From contig CANGCO010000007.1 of assembly GCA_947452365.1 (NCBI GenBank), positions 363 to 64,362 of the forward strand: DNA of 64,000 bases, written 5' to 3'. A program made the position numbers and the translations under genes. The notes under the pieces were generated by a model. The model saw only the letters and a list, made by a program, of their open reading frames with translations. It was not told the DNA's origin and did no database searches. Source of the stretch: Caulobacteraceae bacterium (lineage in GTDB: Bacteria > Pseudomonadota > Alphaproteobacteria > Caulobacterales > Caulobacteraceae). Shown here one piece after another: positions 41,168-50,266 of the stretch (its first letter is position 1; every line of letters starts with the position of its first letter).

Positions 41168-41614
41168 CTAGCTCAGCCGACCCCTACGACCCAACCAGAC
41201 CGCATAGGCTTGCAGGCCAATAGCGATACCTAGGACCATGGTCATGATCGTCACCTGCTTGGAACCTAAGACCTCAAACACGCCATAGGCAATATCGGCC
41301 AGATAGAGGCTAATATAGGCGACCAAGGCGGCCCAGAGGACGGGTAGTGCGAATTTGCGGCCGAGCACCAGCAGCAAACAGCCGATTGAGCCTCCGATAA
41401 CGCCAATCCCAAATGCAAACTTCATCCAGATCGGCAGGTGCAGATAAAACTCAGCCTGGTCGGGGGTCATGCCTGCGGCAATATTTTGGGCCTTATCGCC
41501 AAATTCCCGAACGATAAATTGGAAGATTCCAATCAGGTTCCAGATCAGGCCTAGTCCCGCAATCAGCCAGACTACGAGATCTGGCTTAGGCTTGGCAGCG
41601 TCAGTCATAGGCAT
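41168..41614 (-). CDS. hypothetical integral membrane protein (about 4 TM)
   Basis: The hydrophobic segment pattern supports a membrane protein, but no family was recognised. The start was chosen at MPMTDAAKPK. Confidence 0.45.
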   Translation of the reverse strand: MPMTDAAKPKPDLVVWLIAGLGLIWNLIGIFQFIVREFGDKAQNIAAGMTPDQAEFYLHLPIWMKFAFGIGVIGGSIGCLLLVLGRKFALPVLWAALVAYISLYLADIAYGVFEVLGSKQVTIMTMVLGIAIGLQAYAVWLGRRGRLS

Positions 41615-41645
41615 TGCTCCTTGTTTAGAATGGGCAGCAACAGTT

Positions 41646-42665
41646 TCAACGAATGGCAAACACCTTGGCGATCAGGGGCGTGTCGATAAACAGGTGCGGT
41701 GCAAAGGCGTGATAGCCCAAGGCATGGGCCCAGGCATTGCCGGTGCGCAGGGTGAAATAGCTCTTAAACATGCCAGGGCTTGTATAGGTCAGGAATACAA
41801 AGATCAGGGACAGGGCTGTATCGCGTGGATTGGCAAAACTCGACCAGCCTTCCACCAGATGCATGAGCGCATAGGTCAGGCCGCCGAGTATGACCGTCGC
41901 CATAATTGAGCCGGTGAGTTTCAAATAGCGCGGCAGCAATATGGCATAGATCAAGATCATGGTGGGCAGGACTGTGCCGAAAAAATACAGCGCAAAGGTC
42001 AAGGGTGCGGCCAGGAGCAGGGTGTGCGGCGCAAGTTTAAATATGCCGGGCAGGGTGGCGACCTCCGTCGCGGACTCAACCACCCCAATAATGAGAATGA
42101 TCCAGACATCAGCCCCAATATTCATTGATTTCAAATTGAGCTGTATGGGCGTGTATTGGCGGCGAAACCACAGCAGAGGAATGACCGCAAACACGACAAA
42201 ATTATAGACGCACCAAACAATAGTTTCGCCCGGCGAAACAAGGCGCGAACAGCCGACCAAGGTGCCAGCGAGATGGAAGCTAAAAGGGCTATAGCCCATG
42301 GCTGGCCCAAGGATCCAGCCACCGACCTGGCCCAGAATGGCATAGGTCAGCAGCCCCCCGGTCTCGATCGCGGCGCGGCGACGATCCGGGGCTCTCGCCG
42401 CCATATCAATGGGCTCGCGCTTGCGGGTCAGCCAGCAGACCAGCCCCATCATGGCAAAAATCTGGATCATGCCAAGGGTTGGAACGGCCATCTGAACGGC
42501 AAAAGGCATGCCGACCAAGGCAGGGCGATCAAATGGCAGATAGCCGCCGGCCAGATAGAGTGCCGCAAGGTTCAGGGCGATCCATCCCAAGACACCCACA
42601 ATCAAGTTGGGATTAGTGAGAAGGTTCAGACTCTGTGTCCGAATCCCAATCGCGCTTGTGCTCAT
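41646..42665 (-). CDS. hypothetical polytopic membrane protein
   Basis: 339 aa with many hydrophobic helices. No family was recognised. Confidence 0.45.
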   Translation of the reverse strand: MSTSAIGIRTQSLNLLTNPNLIVGVLGWIALNLAALYLAGGYLPFDRPALVGMPFAVQMAVPTLGMIQIFAMMGLVCWLTRKREPIDMAARAPDRRRAAIETGGLLTYAILGQVGGWILGPAMGYSPFSFHLAGTLVGCSRLVSPGETIVWCVYNFVVFAVIPLLWFRRQYTPIQLNLKSMNIGADVWIILIIGVVESATEVATLPGIFKLAPHTLLLAAPLTFALYFFGTVLPTMILIYAILLPRYLKLTGSIMATVILGGLTYALMHLVEGWSSFANPRDTALSLIFVFLTYTSPGMFKSYFTLRTGNAWAHALGYHAFAPHLFIDTPLIAKVFAIR

Positions 42666-42762
42666 AACCGAAACCCAACCTTGCCAGCCTTATGTCAGGC
42701 AAACAATGGGGGAGTAACCGCAAATTGTAAATCCAAGCGCAACAGGTCTAGATGAGTCGCCC

Positions 42763-43371
42763 TCAGGCCGCCGCGGCAAATTGCGCCGCATTCTTGCCTT
42801 TAGCCCCGTCATAATGGCCCATAATTAGGGCAAGATCGTCGTCATAATCACCGATGGGATGAATGATGGCGGCGATGCGGATGGCCTTGGTGCCATAGTC
42901 CAGCACGGTGACAATGATGGGTACCCTTGCCTGGACGGCAATGTGGTAGAAGCCGGTCTTCCATTGGCGGGTCAGGCTGCGGGTGCCTTCGGGTGGGATG
43001 GCTAGGATCATGTGCGATGTGGCGGCAAAGGCCTGGCCCATGGCCTTGACCAGGTCATGGCTGGCCGAGCGGTCGATGGGCACACAGCCAAGCGCCTTGA
43101 TCAGCCCGCCAAATGGGCCCTCAGTTAGGCTCTTCTTGCCCATCCAGCGCAGCTTGACCCGGTAATAGGCTGCAGCTGCCAGCATCATAAGCCCGTCCCA
43201 GTTCGAGGTGTGGGGCGCAGCCACCAATACGGCCTTGTCCAGGTCTGGCCAATCGCCCTGCATCTGCCAGCCGCTAAGGCGCAGATAGGCCCCGCTGATC
43301 CAGCGTAAAATCTCTGAAACTGGACCGCTGAAACGGGCGGGGCGGGCGGCCCAAGGTCTAATTAGCGGCAT
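42763..43371 (-). CDS. lysophospholipid (1-acyl-glycerol-3-phosphate-type) acyltransferase
   Basis: It has the HXXXXD motif (APHTSNWDG) and a PEGTR block (IPPEGTRS). Confidence 0.75.
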   Translation of the reverse strand: MPLIRPWAARPARFSGPVSEILRWISGAYLRLSGWQMQGDWPDLDKAVLVAAPHTSNWDGLMMLAAAAYYRVKLRWMGKKSLTEGPFGGLIKALGCVPIDRSASHDLVKAMGQAFAATSHMILAIPPEGTRSLTRQWKTGFYHIAVQARVPIIVTVLDYGTKAIRIAAIIHPIGDYDDDLALIMGHYDGAKGKNAAQFAAAA

Positions 43372-43460
43372 TTGATACGAATCCTGTTGCCGTGAGTATA
43401 AGCCTAGACGATCCTCTCGCTAGACCTTGTTGTAACCTTCAAAGCTGGACTGAGCCTGTC

Positions 43461-44234
43461 ATGACCTATCCCTTGCCAAACCTGTCGCATGATCTGAGCG
43501 GGCGCGTTGCCCTAGTGACCGGAGCCTCATCGGGCCTAGGTTGGCGGTTTGCCAAGGTCTTGGCCCATTGCGGCGCCAAGGTCGCATTGGTCGGGCGCAG
43601 GCTTGAGCGGCTAGAAGCCTTGGCTGCTGAGATCAAGGCTGATGGCGGCGAGGCGGCGGCCTTTGCCGTTGATGTGGCCGATGCTGAGGCCTTGATCGCC
43701 ATGGTCGGTCAGGTCGAGGACCGTTTTGGTCTGGTCGATATCCTCGTCAATAATGCCGGTATTCCCGATGCCCAGCGCGCGCACAAGATGTCGCTCGAGC
43801 TGATTGACCGGGTGATGGATGTCAATCTGCGCGGGCCGTTTGTCTTGTCTTGCGAGGTGGCGCGCCGCCTGATCGCCGCCAAAAAGCCCGGCCGCATGGT
43901 CAATATCGCCTCCATCGCCGCCTTCCAGTATAGCGGCGGCGGGGCGGCCCTCTATTCTGTGACCAAGGCCGGGGTCATCCGCATGACCGAGGCCCTAGCC
44001 GTTGAGTGGGCACCGTTCAATATCAATGTGAATGCCATAGCCCCCGGCGCGTTTTCGTCCGAAATGATGGACGGCATGCTGGCCCGGGTCGGCGACATTA
44101 CCAAGGGCTTCCCCCGCGCCCGCATTGGCGACCCAGCCCAGATGGACAGCACCCTGATCTATCTGGTCTCGCCCGCTTCGGATTTTGTAACGGGGACCTT
44201 TATCAAGATCGATGATGCCCAAGGAGGGCGGTGA
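43461..44234 (+). CDS. SDR-family oxidoreductase
   Basis: It has TGASSGLG, NNAG and Y-x3-K (YSVTKAG) motifs. The internal ATG at 43461 gives the canonical N-terminus. Confidence 0.85.
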   Translation: MTYPLPNLSHDLSGRVALVTGASSGLGWRFAKVLAHCGAKVALVGRRLERLEALAAEIKADGGEAAAFAVDVADAEALIAMVGQVEDRFGLVDILVNNAGIPDAQRAHKMSLELIDRVMDVNLRGPFVLSCEVARRLIAAKKPGRMVNIASIAAFQYSGGGAALYSVTKAGVIRMTEALAVEWAPFNINVNAIAPGAFSSEMMDGMLARVGDITKGFPRARIGDPAQMDSTLIYLVSPASDFVTGTFIKIDDAQGGR

Positions 44235-44240
44235 GGGGGC

Positions 44241-45524
44241 TTATTCGACCTTCAGCCGCACCCAAACCGTCGTCCCATTTGGCCGCTGGCCGTATTCGCT
44301 CTTAAGCGCGCCCGGCACGAAGGACTGGCTATAGAGGCCGCCAAGACCGACCTTGATATGCTCGGACAATGGCCAGTCATGGATCGCCCCGACCGATAGC
44401 TTGGCGACCCGGTAAGCGCCGCCGTGATGGTCATCGACCGCCAAGAGCTCGGCATTCTTAGCCTGTTCGGCCTTGGCAAAAAGGGTCCAGGCGGGGTTTG
44501 GCTTGGCGGCGGCCTCGAGCAGATAGGCATCTAGGGCCTGGCCATGGGCGCTCTTGCGGCCAAGGCCAGCAGTCAGCGACCACCAGCCGCCGGTCTGACC
44601 CAAGGGGGCGGTGTATATGGCGCTGGCCGATAGCTTGACCGGGCTGACCTCGGGCGCCAGCGCTTCTGGGCTGTGCTGATCGGCATAGGAGGCTTGCAGC
44701 GACCAGTACGGGCCCGGGTTCCAGGACAGGCGCGCAGCGGTGGAGTCCAAGGCCCCGGTCTCGATATTATAGCGCCTTTGGTCTGGCTCGCGGCCACGAT
44801 AGCGTGAGACCTCCAGCTTCCAATTATCGTGCACATAGCCTGCAGTGACGACGCCAAACGTGATGTGGGTGGAGTCCAGCCAGTGATGGCTGATCGGGGC
44901 TTCGGGGCTGTCCATGGCCGATAGCCGGTGCATAAAGGTCGGCGGGCCAAAGGCGGGCTCGCCCGGCAGGCCGGCATAGACATAGGCACTGTCGAGCGGG
45001 GTAAAGGGGTGGCTATAACTGGCCGACAATTCCATAAACAGGTCGTGCGGGTGCTGGCGATCGATCAGAAGGGTCTTGCCATCAGCGGTCTCGCCACTGG
45101 CCAGGAGCAGGGGATAGCCGGACCTGCCCATGACCGGATCTGGGCTGAGCATGGCACGCAGCTGGACTGTATCACTATTGGCAAAGCTCTTCTTGGCCAT
45201 GCCCATGACCATGCCCGATATAAAGGTCTTGTCATCGCCTCTAGGGCCCGATTGGCTTGTAAAGGTGCCATTGAGCAGGCCGTGGGCCATGATCATCCAG
45301 TCGCCGCGCATAATATGGATGCCGCCGTGGCGGGAGGCGTCCGGCTGCCAGGCCGTGCCCGAGGCCTCGCGGGTCTGGCTATAGGGGCCAAGTGCGCCCG
45401 CAGACATGGCGCTCATATCCATGTCATCCATTGTGGCCATATCATGGTCCGATATGTCCTGAGCGCGGCCGAGCGTAGCGGACAGGGACAGGCTGGCAGC
45501 CAGGATCAGGGCAAGGCGGGTCAA
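44241..45524 (-). CDS. putative outer-membrane beta-barrel protein with a Met/Asp-rich N-terminus
   Basis: It has a signal peptide (..ATLGRAQD), an HDMATMDDMDMSAMS segment, alternating beta-strand-like sequence and a C-terminus of VRLKVE. The family is not recognised. Confidence 0.45.
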   Translation of the reverse strand: MTRLALILAASLSLSATLGRAQDISDHDMATMDDMDMSAMSAGALGPYSQTREASGTAWQPDASRHGGIHIMRGDWMIMAHGLLNGTFTSQSGPRGDDKTFISGMVMGMAKKSFANSDTVQLRAMLSPDPVMGRSGYPLLLASGETADGKTLLIDRQHPHDLFMELSASYSHPFTPLDSAYVYAGLPGEPAFGPPTFMHRLSAMDSPEAPISHHWLDSTHITFGVVTAGYVHDNWKLEVSRYRGREPDQRRYNIETGALDSTAARLSWNPGPYWSLQASYADQHSPEALAPEVSPVKLSASAIYTAPLGQTGGWWSLTAGLGRKSAHGQALDAYLLEAAAKPNPAWTLFAKAEQAKNAELLAVDDHHGGAYRVAKLSVGAIHDWPLSEHIKVGLGGLYSQSFVPGALKSEYGQRPNGTTVWVRLKVE

Positions 45525-45587
45525 TAGCGGCTCCTAGGTCGGCTAAGGGCCTATATAGACGCGCGGGGTGCAAAAGGGCAGTGAGCC

Positions 45588-47261
45588 CTAGACCTTGATT
45601 AAAGCGCGAACATGGTCTGCGACCGCCTGCATCATGGGCGCGCGGTCGGTAAAGCGCTCTGGCGCAAAGGCGTGGGCCTGGGGATAGGCGGGATAATGAT
45701 CAGTGCCAAACATGGGCCAGGTATCGGGCGAGACTAGAAACCCGACCTGTGCGCCGCAAGCCGCAGCTAGATTGGTCGTGGCATTGGCCGGGCCAAGCGT
45801 CGTATCCAGCGCGCAGGTCAGGGCCGCTAGGTCATCCAGATCATCTTTCAGATCGATCTTGGGCGGCCAAACCAGCCGTTTGCCGCAAATAGCCTCGAAC
45901 CGGTCAAGATCATCGCGCACATCGCCATATTGCAGGGCGATGAACTGGACACCGGGCACAGACAGGACCGACGCCCATTCATCAAGGCGCGGGAAATGCC
46001 GCTGTCTTTGCAGGTCCATGATCAGGCTCTTCCAGACAAGGCCGACCTTGGGGCCGGGGCCAAGGCTGTTAAGCCAGGCTTGCCAGGCGGCGATCTTGGC
46101 CGGATCAGCATGCAAAAACGGGCCCTTACGGGCGAAGCTGGCCAGGCTTGGGCGAAACGGGGCCAAGAGGCTGGCCATGGGGCTCCAAACCTTTGGGGCC
46201 TTGGTCGGCATGCTGGCAAGGCCGCGCAAGCCAAGGCCATCCTTGCGCGCGGTTGTATGGGCGATAATCTGCGCGCTTGGGAAGGACCGCGCCGCTAGGC
46301 GCATCAGCCTAGGGTCCATGGCCAGGGTCAGGCGGCCGTCGGGGCCAAGCGCCGCAATCAGGTCGGGTATGGCCTCGGCAAACAAGATTTCGTCGCCAAG
46401 GCCCTGTTCGCCGATCAGTAGGACATGCTTGCCCTCAACCGATTGGCCCGCCTGCCACTTCGGCCAGGCGAGGTCGAACACAGTGGCGTCCTCATAGGTG
46501 GGATCATGACGGGCCTCATAAAGATCCCAGGCCTCGGCCAGACGGCCCAGACTGAACAGCCGCTTGGCCTGGGCGACCTTGGCGGTGGCGCGGTGTTCTG
46601 GCAGCGCGGTATCGATGGCCGCCTGCCCCTCGGCGAGCGCACGGACCTTGACGTCAAGATCGCCGCGCGCCGTCACCATCAAGGCCTCGGCTAGGGCCAA
46701 TCGCGTTTGGCCAAAATGGGGGTCAAGATTGAGCGCCTCTTGCAATATGGGCAGGGCCTCGTCCATCCGGCCCTCAGACATCAAGACCAGGCCCAGAGTG
46801 TTCCACAGCATGGGCTGTTTGGGGTGCTGTTCCAGCGCATTGATCAGGGTGACTATGGCCTTGGCGGTATCGCGCTGATTGGCCTGGGCCCAGGCCAGGT
46901 CATTGGCTGTGGCGGCACTGTTTGGCACCAAGGACAGGTGAATCTTGAGCAGGCCCTCGGCAATCGCGTATTTCTCGATCTTGATCATGAGCCGGGCAAG
47001 ATCGGCAAGGGGGTCTGGGCCTTGCGGGTTCAGATCGATCGCGGTCTGATAGGCCTCAATTGCGCTGCCATAGTCTTTTAACTGTTCACTGGCCAAGCCC
47101 AGTATGTGCCAGGCTTCGCCAAGTCGCGGCTCGCGAATTATGGCATCTTGCGCCAAGGCCCTGGCCTGATCGGCCTTGCCGCCGCGCAAAAGCTTAATGG
47201 CTTGGCGCACGAGGTCTTCTACCGAAGGCCTTTTAGAAAGTTTTTGCAAAGCCTTGACCAT
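45588..47261 (-). CDS. TPR-repeat protein with a C-terminal GT9-like (heptosyltransferase-fold) domain
   Basis: The N-terminal half has repeated A..AY..AL..-type TPR units. The C-terminal half has HVLLIGEQGLGDEILF, resembling GT9-like domains. The assignment is from memory. Confidence 0.55.
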   Translation of the reverse strand: MVKALQKLSKRPSVEDLVRQAIKLLRGGKADQARALAQDAIIREPRLGEAWHILGLASEQLKDYGSAIEAYQTAIDLNPQGPDPLADLARLMIKIEKYAIAEGLLKIHLSLVPNSAATANDLAWAQANQRDTAKAIVTLINALEQHPKQPMLWNTLGLVLMSEGRMDEALPILQEALNLDPHFGQTRLALAEALMVTARGDLDVKVRALAEGQAAIDTALPEHRATAKVAQAKRLFSLGRLAEAWDLYEARHDPTYEDATVFDLAWPKWQAGQSVEGKHVLLIGEQGLGDEILFAEAIPDLIAALGPDGRLTLAMDPRLMRLAARSFPSAQIIAHTTARKDGLGLRGLASMPTKAPKVWSPMASLLAPFRPSLASFARKGPFLHADPAKIAAWQAWLNSLGPGPKVGLVWKSLIMDLQRQRHFPRLDEWASVLSVPGVQFIALQYGDVRDDLDRFEAICGKRLVWPPKIDLKDDLDDLAALTCALDTTLGPANATTNLAAACGAQVGFLVSPDTWPMFGTDHYPAYPQAHAFAPERFTDRAPMMQAVADHVRALIKV

Positions 47262-47448
47262 AAGCGCCGATTTGTCACGCCGGTCAGGAAGGGCCGACCG
47301 GATTAAATCTTCGCCGCTTATGGTTTACAATTGTTTACAATGTGGGCTGGAGAGAAGGCCCGCCCTTGCCAGACGCGCGATTGTCTGGCCCCATTGGGTC
47401 TAATCGCTGCATAGACAGCTGTGCAAACACATTGGGTAGGAAATACGC

Positions 47449-48243
47449 ATGAGCCTTGTCAGCACCCGGCGTCACGGCGCGACCGAGATCATCACCTATG
47501 CAAATCCTGGCCTTGGCACACTGACGGCGGCGGGTACCTCCCAGCTCTTGGTGGCCCTGCGCGCGGCCGTGGCTGATCCGGAAGTGCGGTGCATTGTTTA
47601 TACCGGCGGGTTAGCGGATGTTTTTATCCGTCATTATGATGTGGGCGAATTATGCGTCATGGCCGATGTGGTCAGTGGTGTGATCGCGCCGCCTGAGCCG
47701 CCGGCCAAGGGTGATGGCGGCTATTATGCCTTGGTTGATATTACCGCCTCGGCTCCCAAGCCCATGATCGCAGCGATTAATGGGCTGTGCATGGGCGGCG
47801 GGTTTGAGCTGGCCTTGGCCTGTGATCTGCGCATTGCCGGAACAGACGTCAAGGCGATTGGCCTGCCGGAGACCCGGATTGGTATTTTTCCGGGCGGCGG
47901 CGGTACTCAGCGCCTACCGCGCATTATTGGCGAGGCCAAGGCCTTGGAAATGATCCTGCTTGGCCGGGTCTGTACCGGTCCTCAAGCCGCAGCCCTTGGG
48001 CTGGTGCATGAGGTGGTGGCCGATCCCCTGGCCCGCGCCTTGGAATTGGCGGCAGAACTGACGGCCAAGCCGGCTGAGGGCCTGGCCCAGGCCAAGCGCC
48101 TCACGCGCTCTGCCCTGTCCCGCAGATTTGACGTGGGCACAGCCGATGAGCGCCGCAGCTTTATAGAGCTGCTCAAGGTGCCGTCGGCCGGCGCGGCCAT
48201 GAAGGCCAGCCTGGCCGCAGGCATTCCCATAGAAGATGCCTAG
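47449..48243 (+). CDS. enoyl-CoA hydratase/isomerase (crotonase) family protein
   Basis: It has AAINGLCMGGGFELALACDLRIA and LPE...GI.PG.GGTQRLPR motifs. Confidence 0.85.
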   Translation: MSLVSTRRHGATEIITYANPGLGTLTAAGTSQLLVALRAAVADPEVRCIVYTGGLADVFIRHYDVGELCVMADVVSGVIAPPEPPAKGDGGYYALVDITASAPKPMIAAINGLCMGGGFELALACDLRIAGTDVKAIGLPETRIGIFPGGGGTQRLPRIIGEAKALEMILLGRVCTGPQAAALGLVHEVVADPLARALELAAELTAKPAEGLAQAKRLTRSALSRRFDVGTADERRSFIELLKVPSAGAAMKASLAAGIPIEDA

Positions 48244-48302
48244 CTTGGCGGGGGCGGGAAGGCTAAGACAGCCACCATAAATCCTTACTGAAAGTAACCG
48301 CC

Positions 48303-48836
48303 TTGCCCCTAAAGATCCGTCTGGCCGTGCCTGAAGATATGGCTGTGCTTTCGCCCTTGATGAATGATGCCATTGCCACCTTGCTGACGCCCTTCCTGCC
48401 GCCAGCGGGGGTCGCTGCCTCGTTTGAGGTTATGGGGCTCGATACCCAGTTGATCGCGGACGGCACCTATTTTGTGGTGGAGGACGAGACCGGGGCCATT
48501 GGCGGCTGTGGCGGCTGGTCGCGGCGCGCAACCTTGTTTGGCGGCGATCATTCGGCCGGACGCGATGCGGCCTTGCTTGATCCAGCCAAGGATGCCGCCA
48601 GGGTTCGCGCCATGTATACGCACCCCGCCCATGTCCGGCGCGGTATTGGCCGCCTGGTGCTGCAAACCTGCGAGGCGGCGGCGCGGGCTGAAGGGTTTTC
48701 GCGCTGTGAACTGGCCGCGACGCTTGGCGGCGAGCCACTTTATCGGGCTTGCGGCTATCACGATATTGAACCGTTTTTCGCCAAGACCTCGTCTGGCTAT
48801 GAGGTGCCGCTGATCCGGATGGGTAAGGCGCTTTAG
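48303..48836 (+). CDS. GNAT-family N-acetyltransferase
   Basis: It has a motif A-like region (YTHPAHVRRGIGRLVL..CE..A...G). It starts with TTG. Confidence 0.7.
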   Translation: MPLKIRLAVPEDMAVLSPLMNDAIATLLTPFLPPAGVAASFEVMGLDTQLIADGTYFVVEDETGAIGGCGGWSRRATLFGGDHSAGRDAALLDPAKDAARVRAMYTHPAHVRRGIGRLVLQTCEAAARAEGFSRCELAATLGGEPLYRACGYHDIEPFFAKTSSGYEVPLIRMGKAL

Positions 48837-48847
48837 GGGTTAGCGCA

Positions 48848-49031
48848 GGGGAGGATTTAGAACAGTGAAATCTTCCCCCCTTGGGGGAAGTCCCGGCGAA
48901 GCCGGGGAAGGGGGCTGAGGCCAGTGCTGGCCCCCTCCACCGCTCCGCGGTCCCCCTCCCCCGATTGGGGAGGATTAAAAAGATAAATCTTCCCCCCTTG
49001 GGGGAAGTCCCCGCGAAGCGGGGTAAGGGGG
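48848..49031. repeat. REP-like structured intergenic repeat (two units of about 65 bp plus central palindromes)
   Basis: The two units are GGGAGGATT..AAATCTTCCCCCCTTGGGGGAAGTCCCGGCGAAGCCGGGGAAGGGGG (48848-48913) and GGGGAGGATT..AAATCTTCCCCCCTTGGGGGAAGTCCCCGCGAAGCGGGGTAAGGGGG (48967-49031). The central part carries the palindromes GGCCAGTGCTGGCC, ACCGCTCCGCGGT and CCTCCCCcgattGGGGAGG. Confidence 0.65.
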
Positions 49032-49084
49032 TCTAGCCCCGCGAATATGTGTTATAGGCCGCGCCTTAATCAAGGAGTGGATGT

Positions 49085-50266
49085 TTGGACCAGTTTGATG
49101 TGGTGGTGATCGGGGCTGGGGCCGCGGGCATGCTGTGCGCCATTGAGGCGGGCAAGCGGGGCCGGTCGGTTCTGATTATCGATCATGCCGAGGCGCCGGG
49201 CGAAAAGATCCGCATTTCGGGCGGCGGGCGTTGTAATTTCACCAATGTGAACACGGCGCCAGACCAGTTCTTGTCCGAAAATCCGCGCTTTTGCATCTCA
49301 GCCCTGCGCCGCTACACGCCCAAGGATTTTATCGCCCTGGTCGAGCGGTATGGCATTGCCTATCACGAAAAGGCTCTGGGCCAGTTGTTCTGCGACGGCT
49401 CGGCGCGTCAGATTGTATCCATGTTGCAAAGCGAGATGGAGCAATACGGCGTCAATCTGCGCCTGCGCACTGAGGTGGAACAGGTTGAAAAGTCTGATGC
49501 CGGTTTTGTCGTGCAACTGGTCGGCCAAGGGGCAGTGGCGTGTTCCTCGCTTGTGGTGGCAACGGGCGGCAAGTCTATTCCAAAAATGGGGGCTACAGGG
49601 TTTGGCTATGATCTGGCGACGCATTTTGGCCTGCGCTTGACACCTATTCGCCCAGCCCTTGTGCCCTTGACCTTTGAGGTTGGCCTCTTACAGCGGCTCT
49701 CCACCCTGTCGGGCGTGGCGGTGGATGCTGTGGTGGCCTGTGGCAAGCGGCGCTTTGCCGAGGCCATGCTGTTTACCCATCGGGGTTTAAGCGGGCCGTC
49801 CATCTTGCAGATCTCGTCCTATTGGCGCGAGGGCGACGAGATCGAGATCGATATGGTGCCGCAAATCGACCTTTATGAAACCTTGCGCCAGGACCGGGCC
49901 AAGCACGGCAAACAGGCTATTCATACGGTCTTGTCCAATTACCTGCCCAAGCGGGTCGCCCAGACTGTGGTTGATCTCGAAGGCGTAAGCGGGCCCATCG
50001 GGGATTTTTCGGACAAGCGGTTAAAGAGCCTTGCCTTGGGCGTTCAAGGCTGGAGGGTCAAGCCGGTCGGGTCTGAAGGCTATCGCACGGCCGAGGTCAC
50101 TTTGGGCGGAGTCGATACGCGCGATCTGGAGTCCCGAACGCTCGAAGCCAAGGCTGTGCCTGGGCTGTATTTCATCGGCGAGGTGGTGGATGTTACCGGC
50201 TGGCTGGGCGGTTATAATTTCCAATGGGCCTGGGCCAGCGGCTTTTGTGCCGGACAGGCGGCCTAG
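49085..50266 (+). CDS. HI0933/YhiN-family FAD-dependent oxidoreductase
   Basis: It has the dinucleotide motif DVVVIGAGAAG, then ISGGGRCNFTN and a C-terminal GGYNFQWAW.SG. It starts with TTG. Confidence 0.8.
   Translation: MDQFDVVVIGAGAAGMLCAIEAGKRGRSVLIIDHAEAPGEKIRISGGGRCNFTNVNTAPDQFLSENPRFCISALRRYTPKDFIALVERYGIAYHEKALGQLFCDGSARQIVSMLQSEMEQYGVNLRLRTEVEQVEKSDAGFVVQLVGQGAVACSSLVVATGGKSIPKMGATGFGYDLATHFGLRLTPIRPALVPLTFEVGLLQRLSTLSGVAVDAVVACGKRRFAEAMLFTHRGLSGPSILQISSYWREGDEIEIDMVPQIDLYETLRQDRAKHGKQAIHTVLSNYLPKRVAQTVVDLEGVSGPIGDFSDKRLKSLALGVQGWRVKPVGSEGYRTAEVTLGGVDTRDLESRTLEAKAVPGLYFIGEVVDVTGWLGGYNFQWAWASGFCAGQAA

Noticed and set aside
44241-45524. Calling this gene copB/pcoB
   Set aside because: The only supporting feature is the Met/Asp-rich N-terminal stretch. 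I do not recognise CopB signature blocks and no cop genes are adjacent, so it is left as a generic OMP.
45703-46497. 264-aa plus-strand ORF (plus 45930..46298 and 46707..47081) opposite the TPR gene
   Set aside because: It is an antisense artefact with a Ser/Arg/Ala-rich low-complexity translation.
48848-49031. Possible CRISPR array
   Set aside because: There are only two repeat units of about 65 bp. The intervening sequence is itself palindromic rather than spacer-like, and no cas genes are present. A REP/MITE-like element fits better.
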